Origin: Roseburia sp.
GTDB taxonomy: Bacteria > Bacillota > Clostridia > Lachnospirales > Lachnospiraceae
Assembly: GCA_051877675.1 (NCBI GenBank)
Contig: JBJEJC010000046.1
Location: 1,738-65,737 of the forward strand
Reading direction: 5' to 3'
DNA length: 64,000 nucleotides
Shown: positions 27,487 through 35,397 of the stretch, one piece after another
How positions within the stretch are numbered: position 1 is the first letter of the stretch
How the letters are laid out: each line of letters begins with the position of its first letter
Notes under the pieces: model-generated
Told to the model about the DNA's origin: nothing
Databases searched by the model: none
Seen by the model: the letters and a program-made list of their open reading frames with translations, nothing else
Translations under genes and position numbers: made by a program

Positions 27487-28752
27487 TTACTGTATCTCCG
27501 GATACTGCTCCGGATCATAATTATGACTGCCACTGTTTGCATTGGAATACTCCATGAGTTCGGCATCGGTCCAGTAGAAAAATTCTGTTCCATCCTTCCG
27601 TCTGGTAGCATCAAAATGATGCCATCCCTCCCCCACATCAATGAGATTCCAGTAGTGCCGTGTATCCGAGGGTATCTTTTCAATGTCCATATTGGTAATG
27701 CCTGCCCTTGTCAGAAGGCACTTCGCTGTCATCGCATAGACATAACAGTCTCCCTTATGCTCCACCAGTCCAAGATAGGCTCCCTCCACCCAGTTATCCT
27801 TGGGAGAGCTGTCAATATAGGATATATTGTCATGCACGTAGCGGTAAATTGCGTAGGCCTGATCCAACTGTGTCATATCATCCGTCAGAATCTCCGAGAG
27901 AACCTGATCTGCCACTGCATTGACTTCTTCCGCCGTAGCCGTCTGGGCGCTTGCTTCCACTACAAAAACCTGCGCGGTGGCAGTTACTGTGTTTCCTGCC
28001 CGGTCTGTTGCGGAATAAGAAACCGTATAGGTACCGATTTCATTCAGATTGACACCGCTGCTGTCCACCACCAGCTCCACATTATCATCACAGTTATCCG
28101 TCACCGTAATCTCTCTTTTGTAGGAAATACTTTTCCCTACCTCCACGGTAAGGTCCTCCACTCCGGAGATTACCGGCGGCTCCGTATCCTCCGGTTCCAC
28201 ATGCAACACCGTGCTTAAATCCGTAACATTTCCTCCTGCATCCTCCAGACGTACCGTAACCTCCTGATCTCCCACTGTGTTAAAATCCGGTACCTTGGCA
28301 TAGGAAACTGTCACCTGCGTAGCATCCTCCACCGCAGTGACAAATTCGGAAGCGCTTACGGTATTGCCCTTGGATACACTCAGTTCCTGTACCGTTCCCT
28401 GAGGAGCCTTGGTATCCTGTACGGTCAGCTCCGAATGGTACGTAAAAGGTCCAGACTTAATGAAAACATTGTAGATTCCCGGTGTGTCTGTATCCACCGT
28501 AGGGCTCGCTTCCGTATAAACGCCCTCATATCTTTCACTCTTCATAAAGTCAGAAACACTTACGCTTGTTCCAACTTCCACAACGCATTTTTTGTAAACA
28601 CGGTCAAAAAAGCCACGGTAAATCCCATAAACGGCACCTGCCAGAATTGCTGTCATACAGAAAATGAGGATGCGGCGCTGTCTGCGCATTCTCTTAATTT
28701 TTCTCTTTCTTGCCTGCTCTCTTGATTTTCGTCTTCTCTGTTCTTCATTCAT
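27487..28752 (-). CDS. Membrane-anchored transglutaminase-like cysteine enzyme with Ig-like (DUF5011/HYR-type) repeats
   Basis: Arg-rich N-tail plus TM helix; DTKAP and DTEPPVI...VTDNCD...GTYTVSYSATDRAGN Ig repeats; triad GDCYVYA / HYWNLI / HFDAT. Confidence 0.85.
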   Translation of the reverse strand: MNEEQRRRKSREQARKRKIKRMRRQRRILIFCMTAILAGAVYGIYRGFFDRVYKKCVVEVGTSVSVSDFMKSERYEGVYTEASPTVDTDTPGIYNVFIKSGPFTYHSELTVQDTKAPQGTVQELSVSKGNTVSASEFVTAVEDATQVTVSYAKVPDFNTVGDQEVTVRLEDAGGNVTDLSTVLHVEPEDTEPPVISGVEDLTVEVGKSISYKREITVTDNCDDNVELVVDSSGVNLNEIGTYTVSYSATDRAGNTVTATAQVFVVEASAQTATAEEVNAVADQVLSEILTDDMTQLDQAYAIYRYVHDNISYIDSSPKDNWVEGAYLGLVEHKGDCYVYAMTAKCLLTRAGITNMDIEKIPSDTRHYWNLIDVGEGWHHFDATRRKDGTEFFYWTDAELMEYSNANSGSHNYDPEQYPEIQ

Positions 28753-28795
28753 AGTAATTCAATCCTTTCAAACAGAAGCCCAATCATCATCATAA

Positions 28796-28832
28796 ATCTT
28801 ATAGGAAATTCCAGGAAATTTTCCTATAAGAT
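28796..28832. promoter_or_regulatory. Perfect 13-bp inverted repeat upstream of the cassette (candidate operator or hairpin)
   Basis: ATCTTATAGGAAA-11 nt-TTTCCTATAAGAT. Confidence 0.45.
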
Positions 28833-28834
28833 AA

Positions 28835-28864
28835 GAAAAAGTCAGAAATAAATTCTGACTTTCT
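28835..28864 (-). terminator. Rho-independent terminator after tsf
   Basis: Minus strand AAAGTCAGAA-TTTAT-TTCTGACTTT-TTCT. Confidence 0.7.
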
Positions 28865-28927
28865 CCTCTCCCTCCCTTACACTGCCTGCTTTCCTTCACA
28901 ATGTAAAGGATTCTGCCTGCAAAATGC

Positions 28928-29863
28928 TTACGCGTTCATCTGAGCAGCAACCTCTGCCGCAAAATCTTCCTGTTTCTTCTCAAGACCTTCACCAGTCTCA
29001 AAACGAACAAATCTCTTTACCTTAACGGTTGTTCCAACTGCCTTGGAAACCTCATCCAGATATTTTGCAACGGTCTGTTTGCCGTCCTCTGCCTTCACAT
29101 ATACCTGATCTACCAGACAGATTTCTTTCAGCTCTTTGCTTACACGTCCCTCAATCATGCCGTTGATTACCTTCTCCGGCTTCTGGGATTCCTTCGGATC
29201 GTTCATAATCTGTGCAAGTAAGATTTCTTTCTCATGAGCAATGTACTCCTCGCTGATTTCCTCGCGGGATACATACTTCGGATTAAGCGCTGCAACCTGC
29301 ATTGCAATATTTACCATAGCCTCTTTTACCGCATCGTTTACAACATCGGTATCCGCTTCTACGATAACACCAATTCTTCCACCGCCATGTACATAAGATA
29401 CCACACAGCCATGTGCTGCAACAACTTTTTCAAATCTGCGGATCTTTAAGTTCTCACCGATTACCGCAACCTTCTCAACCAGCGCATCCTTAACGGTCTT
29501 GCTGCTGTCCTCATTCCATGCTTCCTCCATGAATGCGTCCATATCGGCTGCATCGGAATTCACTGCCTGATTTGCAACTGCTTTTACGAACTGCTGGAAA
29601 GTATCATTCTTTGCCACAAAGTCTGTCTCAGAATTTACTTCCACAACGGCTGCTGTCTGGTCGTCTTTAACAACAACTGTACAAAGACCTTCTGCTGCGA
29701 TTCTGCTTGCTTTCTTCTCTGCCTTTGCCTGTCCGTTCTTTCTTAAGAACTCAACAGCCTCTTCCATATTGCCATTTGTCTCATTCAATGCTTTTTTGCA
29801 ATCCATCATACCTGCGCCGGTCATCTCACGCAGTTCTTTTACCATAGCTGCTGTAATAGCCAT
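28928..29863 (-). CDS. tsf: Translation elongation factor Ts
   Basis: VKELREMTGAGMMDCKKAL, EVNSETDFVAKN, FVRFETGEG. Confidence 0.99.
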   Translation of the reverse strand: MAITAAMVKELREMTGAGMMDCKKALNETNGNMEEAVEFLRKNGQAKAEKKASRIAAEGLCTVVVKDDQTAAVVEVNSETDFVAKNDTFQQFVKAVANQAVNSDAADMDAFMEEAWNEDSSKTVKDALVEKVAVIGENLKIRRFEKVVAAHGCVVSYVHGGGRIGVIVEADTDVVNDAVKEAMVNIAMQVAALNPKYVSREEISEEYIAHEKEILLAQIMNDPKESQKPEKVINGMIEGRVSKELKEICLVDQVYVKAEDGKQTVAKYLDEVSKAVGTTVKVKRFVRFETGEGLEKKQEDFAAEVAAQMNA

Positions 29864-29898
29864 TTTCTCGTCCTCCAAAATTATAAAATCGTTACAGA

Positions 29899-30651
29899 TT
29901 ACTCTGCCTCTGCCACTGCCTCTTCTTCATCGGCTGCAGCAGACTCTGCCTCCTCTGCGGTCATCTCAGCGCCCTGATTTGCCTCGATTACTGCATCAGC
30001 CATCTTAGATACGATTAATTTAACGGCTCTGATTGCATCATCATTACCCGGAATCACATAATCTAACTCTTCCGGATCACAGTTTGTATCGGCGATACCG
30101 ATAAGGGTAATTCCCAGTGCATGTGCTTCCTGTACGCAGATTCTCTCCTTCTTCGGATCAACGATGAAGATTGCATCCGGAATCTTCTTCATTTCCTTGA
30201 TACCGCCAAGGTTCTTCTCTAATTTCTCCCACTCTTTCTTAAGTGCGATAACCTCTTTCTTCGGCAGTACTTCAAAGGTACCGTCGGTAGCCATTGTCTC
30301 AATCTCTTTTAATCTTGCGATACGGCTCTGGATGGTCTTGAAGTTGGTAAGCATACCACCTAACCATCTCTCATTTACATAGTACATTCCGCAACGCTCT
30401 GCCTCGCTCTTGATGGCATCCTGAGCCTGCTTCTTTGTACCAACAAAAAGAATGGCACCGCCCTCTGCAGCGATGTCGGATACAGCCTTGTAAGCCTCAT
30501 CTACCTTACCTACAGACTTCTGTAAGTCGATGATGTAGATGCCGTTACGCTCGGTGTAGATGTACGGAGCCATCTTCGGGTTCCATCTTCTGGTCTGATG
30601 TCCAAAGTGAACACCTGCTTCTAATAACTGTTTCATTGAAATAACACTCAT
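29899..30651 (-). CDS. rpsB: 30S ribosomal protein S2
   Basis: [42 protein letters not shown]. The start is ATG 30651 (GGAGG RBS). Confidence 0.99.
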   Translation of the reverse strand: MSVISMKQLLEAGVHFGHQTRRWNPKMAPYIYTERNGIYIIDLQKSVGKVDEAYKAVSDIAAEGGAILFVGTKKQAQDAIKSEAERCGMYYVNERWLGGMLTNFKTIQSRIARLKEIETMATDGTFEVLPKKEVIALKKEWEKLEKNLGGIKEMKKIPDAIFIVDPKKERICVQEAHALGITLIGIADTNCDPEELDYVIPGNDDAIRAVKLIVSKMADAVIEANQGAEMTAEEAESAAADEEEAVAEAE

Positions 30652-30659
30652 TTTTCTAC

Positions 30660-30745
30660 CTCCATGGTTTTGTTCTTCCATATGCCTCATCCCTCCGGAC
30701 AACCGTTTCCGGCACCATTCCGGCGGTCTGCATATGTGTTTTTTC
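30660..30745 (-). ncRNA. rpsB 5' leader (t44-like S2 autoregulatory RNA)
   Basis: Lies between the promoter and rpsB; reads ACACATATGC...GGTGCC GGAAAC GG...GAGGCATATG, with CATATGC/GCATATG closing a stem. Confidence 0.65.
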
Positions 30746-30760
30746 AATTGAGCCTTAAGG

Positions 30761-30789
30761 ATTGTATCACAAATCCGGTATGGATGCAA
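30761..30789 (-). promoter_or_regulatory. Sigma-A promoter of rpsB-tsf
   Basis: Minus strand TTGCAT-17 nt-TACAAT with a TGTG extension. Confidence 0.75.
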
Positions 30790-30812
30790 GCTTTTTCTTT
30801 TCAAAAAGGCAC

Positions 30813-30846
30813 AAAAAAGGGACTGCTTCTTATCCGCAGTCCCTTT
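30813..30846 (-). terminator. Rho-independent terminator ending the flagellar/chemotaxis transcript
   Basis: AAAGGGACTGC-9 nt-GCAGTCCCTTT followed by a U-tract on the minus strand. Confidence 0.8.
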
Positions 30847-30860
30847 CCACGCTTCTGTTT

Positions 30861-31505
30861 CTACTGTTCTCTTTTCTCCAGCGGTCCTAACGTCAGTTCC
30901 TCGGCAATATCTTCCATTGTGGCGTCCATAGGAATCTCATAAGTTCCCACGCTGATAAAATCAGCTATGTTTACCTCAAACAGATATTTACGCAGGGCTT
31001 CTGCATCGTCAATGATTCCCGCCTTCGTCAGTTCCTCACAGATATCCCGGCATACCTGACCGCGTTTCACTACAAGTGTATAGGTTTCTGCTGGTTGTTC
31101 CGATTCTTTCTGACTGTTTTCATCCCCGGACTCTTTTTCCGTATCCGGCTGCTTCGCCATATCTTTTTCCGTATCCGATTTCTCTGTTGTATCTTTTTTT
31201 GTGTCCGTATCCGTTTTCTCTGTTGTATCTTTTTCTGTGTTCGTATCCGTCTTCTCTGCCGTATCCTTTTTGTTGTCAGATTCTTGCGAATTTCTTTCCG
31301 TGCTCTCCGATATCTCTTCCGTATCCGGTTCTGCGGTATCGAACAGACCTCCATCTTCTTTCATAACCATTCCAAGCTGGGCTGCTCTTGCAATGATTTC
31401 CTCATCCGACATAGAATTGTCCTGGTTTGCAAAGCCAATCATCAGAATAATCGTGGTAACAATAATTCCGATGCCAAGCCCGCGCAGATAATATTTCAAC
31501 TTCAC
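30861..31505 (-). CDS. Membrane protein with acidic repeat linker and C-terminal YceG/MltG N-domain-like module (no catalytic domain)
   Basis: N-terminal TM ([11 protein letters not shown]); C-terminal LVVKRG...L..AGII.D...GTYEIP..AT.EDIA..L. Confidence 0.7.
   Translation of the reverse strand: MKLKYYLRGLGIGIIVTTIILMIGFANQDNSMSDEEIIARAAQLGMVMKEDGGLFDTAEPDTEEISESTERNSQESDNKKDTAEKTDTNTEKDTTEKTDTDTKKDTTEKSDTEKDMAKQPDTEKESGDENSQKESEQPAETYTLVVKRGQVCRDICEELTKAGIIDDAEALRKYLFEVNIADFISVGTYEIPMDATMEDIAEELTLGPLEKREQ
31169..31276. repeat. 3 x 36-nt imperfect tandem repeat ([10 protein letters not shown]. units)
   Basis: Units resembling ccgtatccg.tttctctgttgtatcttttt.tgtgt start at 31169, 31205 and 31241. 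Confidence 0.85.
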
Positions 31506-32263
31506 AGGTTCAATTCTCCTTTATAAAGTCCAATCACAAGTTTTACCTCGCCAAGTCCCAGCCCAAGTCTTCTGGCGATTTCCACATCCTTTACCCCTTC
31601 TTCATGCAGGGTCAGTATTTCTTTGTTATGATTTTCCTTTTCCCCGGAAGGAGTCTCCGGCTCCGCAGTCTCCTCCTCGGCGACCATATCCATCTCCAGC
31701 TCGGAAAGATCGGGAAGTCCGGCATTTTCCACTGCCGTATTATCTGTACCCACCAGTTGCTGGTTTAACAGTTCCTGGACACCCGAGGTACTTCTGATCA
31801 TGCCCGGCTGGGGAAGTTCTTCCAGCCTTCGCTGTGTACTTGCCGCCTGTTCCTGCATACTGCGCACATCCGCTGCCAGGCGCTGAAGGTCTGAGGTCAT
31901 ACTGGTAAGCTCCGTATGTTTGTCATTCAGCATATTATATAAGAACATAATCTCATTGTGTGTCTTATTCATATGCTCAATCACGGTATCGGAGTAATCA
32001 TTAATTGCCATAATTTTCTCATTGCTCATCTGCTCCATGGCTCGTTCCACCTTACCCGCAGAGGCTTCCAGTTGTCTGTCAATGGCATCCTCGATTTTAG
32101 CATCCGCATTCTTCAGATCCCGCTCAATAATATTTTTCAGTTCTTCCTCACTGAGCTCCGCAATTTTATTTAATTCCGAAGGTGACAGTTTCTCTGTGAC
32201 AAAAAAGCTTCCAATCATGAATATGCATCCAATCAGAAGCAAAATAATCTCTACTCCAGTCAT
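31502..32263 (-). CDS. Membrane-anchored coiled-coil protein with C-terminal HTH (DUF6115-like)
   Basis: N-terminal TM, coiled coil and C-terminal EIARRLGLGLGEVKLVIGL. Confidence 0.7.
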   Translation of the reverse strand: MTGVEIILLLIGCIFMIGSFFVTEKLSPSELNKIAELSEEELKNIIERDLKNADAKIEDAIDRQLEASAGKVERAMEQMSNEKIMAINDYSDTVIEHMNKTHNEIMFLYNMLNDKHTELTSMTSDLQRLAADVRSMQEQAASTQRRLEELPQPGMIRSTSGVQELLNQQLVGTDNTAVENAGLPDLSELEMDMVAEEETAEPETPSGEKENHNKEILTLHEEGVKDVEIARRLGLGLGEVKLVIGLYKGELNL

Positions 32264-32272
32264 ATATTTCCC

Positions 32273-32599
32273 CTATATCTTGATGTCAAAATTTCCTCTC
32301 TGCCCTTTAAAGATGACTTTCCCGTCTTTTACAGTATCCTCCTTCTTCTTACGGCGCTCTTTTCCCCCACTGCCCTGATAAGAATTATTTCCTTTCTCCT
32401 TGGCATCGTAGCGGTAGCCCGTGTTCTCCTTTTCCTCCGGATCCTGTACCTGATGGGCAAGCCGGTCTTCCTGTTTCTGCTGCTGCACCTGGATATTATG
32501 CTGCTCCACCACAGGTCTGTTATCCTCTGCCTGCTTCATATTGCTGACATCCTGTGTCCGCTGAATCATCCCATTGAATTCAACCGGCCGTATCGACAT
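32273..32599 (-). CDS. Conserved hypothetical protein downstream of fliA
   Basis: MSIRPVEF...RTQDVS...GNFDIKI; GAGG RBS and tight operon spacing. Confidence 0.75.
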   Translation of the reverse strand: MSIRPVEFNGMIQRTQDVSNMKQAEDNRPVVEQHNIQVQQQKQEDRLAHQVQDPEEKENTGYRYDAKEKGNNSYQGSGGKERRKKKEDTVKDGKVIFKGQRGNFDIKI

Positions 32600-32615
32600 A
32601 TTCGTCACCTCTGTT

Positions 32616-33380
32616 CTAATCCACCAGAACCCCCATATAATTTCCCATTTTCTTTCGCATCTTCTGCAGTGCCTTTGTATGAAGCTGAGAAATGCGGGAT
32701 TCCGACACCTCGAGAATATTGCTGATTTCTTTTAATGTCAAATCTTCATAATAATATAGCAGTATGACCTTACGTTCCTTCTCGGTCAAAAGGTCCAGCG
32801 ATTCGCTCAGAACTTTTTTCAGTTCCTCTTCTTCAATGGAATCCTCCGGCTGCGCAAAATGAGAATTAAATGTGGCATCCATGACAGGTTCCCCTCCCTG
32901 CTCCACAAACTCATTCAGAGAAACCATATTCGTAACCTTAAGCTGCGACTGCCACTCATTCAATTCTGACTCTGCTATTCCAAGCTCTCCCGCAATATCC
33001 GCATCCGAGGCATTCTTTCCCGTCCTTGTTTCAATCTGTCGGATTGCCTCGTCGATCTTTTTCTGCTTCTGCCTTACCGTTCTGGGAATCCAGTCCATTT
33101 TACGGATCTGATCCAATATCGCCCCCCGAATCCGTAAGCTCGCATAGGTTTCAAACTTGACATCTTTTCCCAGATCAAACTTATCGATTGCATCAATCAG
33201 TCCAAATATTCCATAACTGACCAGATCCTCATACTCCACGTTATAGCCCAGATACATACTGAGCCGCCCCGCCACCACCTTTACCAATGGCGCGTATTCT
33301 ACAATGATTTTTTCACGCAATTCCGTGGACGGATGTTTCTGATATTCTTCCCAAAGTTTCTCTCTGTCTACTGTTTTCAT
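32616..33380 (-). CDS. fliA: Flagellar RNA polymerase sigma factor (FliA/SigD/WhiG family)
   Basis: DLVSYGIFGLIDAIDKFD, FETYASLRIRGAILDQIRKMDWIPR, EISNILEVSESRISQLH. Confidence 0.96.
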   Translation of the reverse strand: MKTVDREKLWEEYQKHPSTELREKIIVEYAPLVKVVAGRLSMYLGYNVEYEDLVSYGIFGLIDAIDKFDLGKDVKFETYASLRIRGAILDQIRKMDWIPRTVRQKQKKIDEAIRQIETRTGKNASDADIAGELGIAESELNEWQSQLKVTNMVSLNEFVEQGGEPVMDATFNSHFAQPEDSIEEEELKKVLSESLDLLTEKERKVILLYYYEDLTLKEISNILEVSESRISQLHTKALQKMRKKMGNYMGVLVD

Positions 33381-33400
33381 CTGAAGCCCCCACGTTCAAG

Positions 33401-33676
33401 TTATTTTTCTTCCTGCTTTTCAGACTCACCCTCCCCGGTTTCACTGTCTTCTGCAGTTTCCTCCGTACCTTCCGTGGTATCTTCTTCCTCCGTCATCTCC
33501 TTAAAGTTGCGGTCCAGCACAACTTTTACAACACTGCCCAATATGTAAAATATAATCAGTACGATTAACAGTGTCTTCGTAAATTCAAAAAGCTCTATAT
33601 GCTTTACAATACCAGTGATGCAGGTAACCAGACCTGCTGTCAGCATAATAATTGCAGGTATTGATTTTGTCTTCAT
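33401..33676 (-). CDS. Small two-TM membrane protein with acidic tail
   Basis: Two hydrophobic helices; sits between cheD and fliA with operon spacing. Confidence 0.75.
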   Translation of the reverse strand: MKTKSIPAIIMLTAGLVTCITGIVKHIELFEFTKTLLIVLIIFYILGSVVKVVLDRNFKEMTEEEDTTEGTEETAEDSETGEGESEKQEEK

Positions 33677-33720
33677 AAACCAACCATACCTTTCCCAAAG
33701 CTCCGGCGAAACACATCTCC

Positions 33721-34206
33721 TTATATAATCTTTAAAGGCTTTCCAACCGACTTAATATAGTATTCCCCCGTATCGCAGTGAAGTTCCACTGTTCTACCGT
33801 AATTCAGACCGGTATCCTCCGCCACAAGCCGAATTCCAAGTTCCTTCAGCTTAAGCTTTGCCGCTTCCGCGTTTCTTGCTCCAATGTTTCCAATATCGGA
33901 CAGTCCGCTGACTTCAAACATCCTTGCTCCCCCCGCAATCTTTGCCACCAGACGGCTTCTGTTTCCGCCTGCCGCAATGACTCTGCGCAGCAGTTCATCA
34001 ATGCCTGTATCTGCGAATTTTGCAATATTTCCATTGTTTCTTGCCTTTGTACTGTCCGGCAGCATATAATGAACCAGACCTCCCACCTTAGAAACCGGAT
34101 CATAAAATGTAAGTCCAATACAGGATCCCAGCCCTAAAGTAGTGATAACGTCAGGCGCTTTGCATATATTCAAATCTGCCATTCCCACTTTTATCACTTC
34201 GCTCAT
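33721..34206 (-). CDS. cheD: Chemoreceptor glutamine deamidase CheD
   Basis: TLGLGSCIG, HYMLP, KFADT, AKIAGGARMF, EDTG..YGRT. Confidence 0.96.
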   Translation of the reverse strand: MSEVIKVGMADLNICKAPDVITTLGLGSCIGLTFYDPVSKVGGLVHYMLPDSTKARNNGNIAKFADTGIDELLRRVIAAGGNRSRLVAKIAGGARMFEVSGLSDIGNIGARNAEAAKLKLKELGIRLVAEDTGLNYGRTVELHCDTGEYYIKSVGKPLKII

Positions 34207-34217
34207 ATACCTTCTCC

Positions 34218-34838
34218 TTATAGTGGAACCCCAAGTGCTTTCAAGATTTTCTCGTAAGACTCCTGCTCAGGCATCAGGATAAAATAACCATTGATTGACA
34301 CATCCGCACAAATCTCCGTCTGTATCAGCAATGCATTATCTCCAAACTGCCCAAATTCTATTGCCGGCACACTTAAAATAGATGCCGCCATATCCACTGC
34401 AATATAAGGAATAGATGGTGCAATTACAAGGTTTGTCAGGGAAGAAAGCGCAGAAAGATATGAGCCTGCGATAATATTTCCAATTTCCTTCAAAGCGGAC
34501 AGTTCCATCTCACCAAACGGCTGATCCTCCGGTGCATCCATCATCATTAACCGATTCACCAGATAACGTGCAGACGGAATGTCGATTAGAAACATCATGC
34601 TTCCTTCGATATCATTCTGCACTTCCAGAAAGATTCCTACAATTGTCTCGTCTTCTGCACCCACAGCGCTTCCCAGCTTCGATACTTCCATCAGTCTGAT
34701 ATTCGGCACATTCATGTCTATCTTCATGCCAAGCATATTTGCAATGGCTGTCGTAGCATTTCCTGCGCCGATATTACCGATTTCCTTCAGGACATCCAAA
34801 TACATTTCATTTACGGTTTCCAGTTCTAATTTTCCCAT
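34218..34838 (-). CDS. cheC: CheY-P phosphatase CheC
   Basis: Two ExxN motifs (DVLKEIGNIGAGNA and SALKEIGNIIAG); start at ATG 34838. Confidence 0.95.
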   Translation of the reverse strand: MGKLELETVNEMYLDVLKEIGNIGAGNATTAIANMLGMKIDMNVPNIRLMEVSKLGSAVGAEDETIVGIFLEVQNDIEGSMMFLIDIPSARYLVNRLMMMDAPEDQPFGEMELSALKEIGNIIAGSYLSALSSLTNLVIAPSIPYIAVDMAASILSVPAIEFGQFGDNALLIQTEICADVSINGYFILMPEQESYEKILKALGVPL

Positions 34839-34938
34839 GAATCTACACTGCCCTCCTTTCTTAATATAGAACGTTAGTGAGACCGGACAGATCTCACTAA
34901 CTTCTATATCAGTGGCACTTACATACAACTGCCACCCG

Positions 34939-35382
34939 TTATATGCTTTCTCCAACAATTGCACTGAGTTCGAACAGAGAAATCAGCTCGTCTCCATGCT
35001 TGCCAATTCCATTGATGAACTCTCCATGATTGGAGCCTTTCTCAATATCATCGTCGCTTAACATCACTACTTCCTTCACTTCATCAACGATAATTCCCAG
35101 TGCTCCAAGCTCCTCGATTTTCAAAATAATAATACGGCTGGCATTGGTGAACTCATCATCCGGGAGTCCCATTTTAAGACGCACGCTCATAACGGGCACC
35201 ACCTCACCACGGATGTTCATCACTCCCTTAAAATAGGGCTGCACCTTCGGAACTCTGGTAATCTTCTGCATACGAACAATATTGTCAATATACCCGATAT
35301 CAATACCATACTGCTCACTGCCGACCATAACTACAATATATTGTTTGGTTTCCTTTTCCATTGTTTCAATTTCATTTGCCAT
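34939..35382 (-). CDS. cheW: Chemotaxis protein CheW
   Basis: EQYGIDI, ITRVP....YFKGVMNIRGEVVPV, GIIVDEVKEV. Confidence 0.94.
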   Translation of the reverse strand: MANEIETMEKETKQYIVVMVGSEQYGIDIGYIDNIVRMQKITRVPKVQPYFKGVMNIRGEVVPVMSVRLKMGLPDDEFTNASRIIILKIEELGALGIIVDEVKEVVMLSDDDIEKGSNHGEFINGIGKHGDELISLFELSAIVGESI

Positions 35383-35397
35383 GACTGCCACCCTCCA

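Noticed and set aside
21755-28752. Calling the cassette a canonical dltABCD operon or an NRPS cluster
   Set aside because: The A-domain lacks DltA pocket residues, the MBOAT is AlgI-sized with a fused shuttle, and extra genes are present. There is no condensation or thioesterase domain, so dlt gene symbols were withheld.
21755-28752. Idea that the cassette modifies the flagellum because it lies near the flagellar cluster
   Set aside because: It is separated by rpsB-tsf and terminators, and I found no sigma-28 promoter. Proximity alone is not evidence.
29899-30804. N-terminal extensions in the ORF track (rpsB; likewise cheC, cheB, PHP, DUF5050-like, orphan cheW)
   Set aside because: They run through promoters and leaders; RBS position and family N-termini support the shorter starts used here.
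31139-31276. 36-nt periodic repeats resembling a CRISPR array
   Set aside because: The units are contiguous, in-frame coding repeats with no unique spacers and no cas genes.
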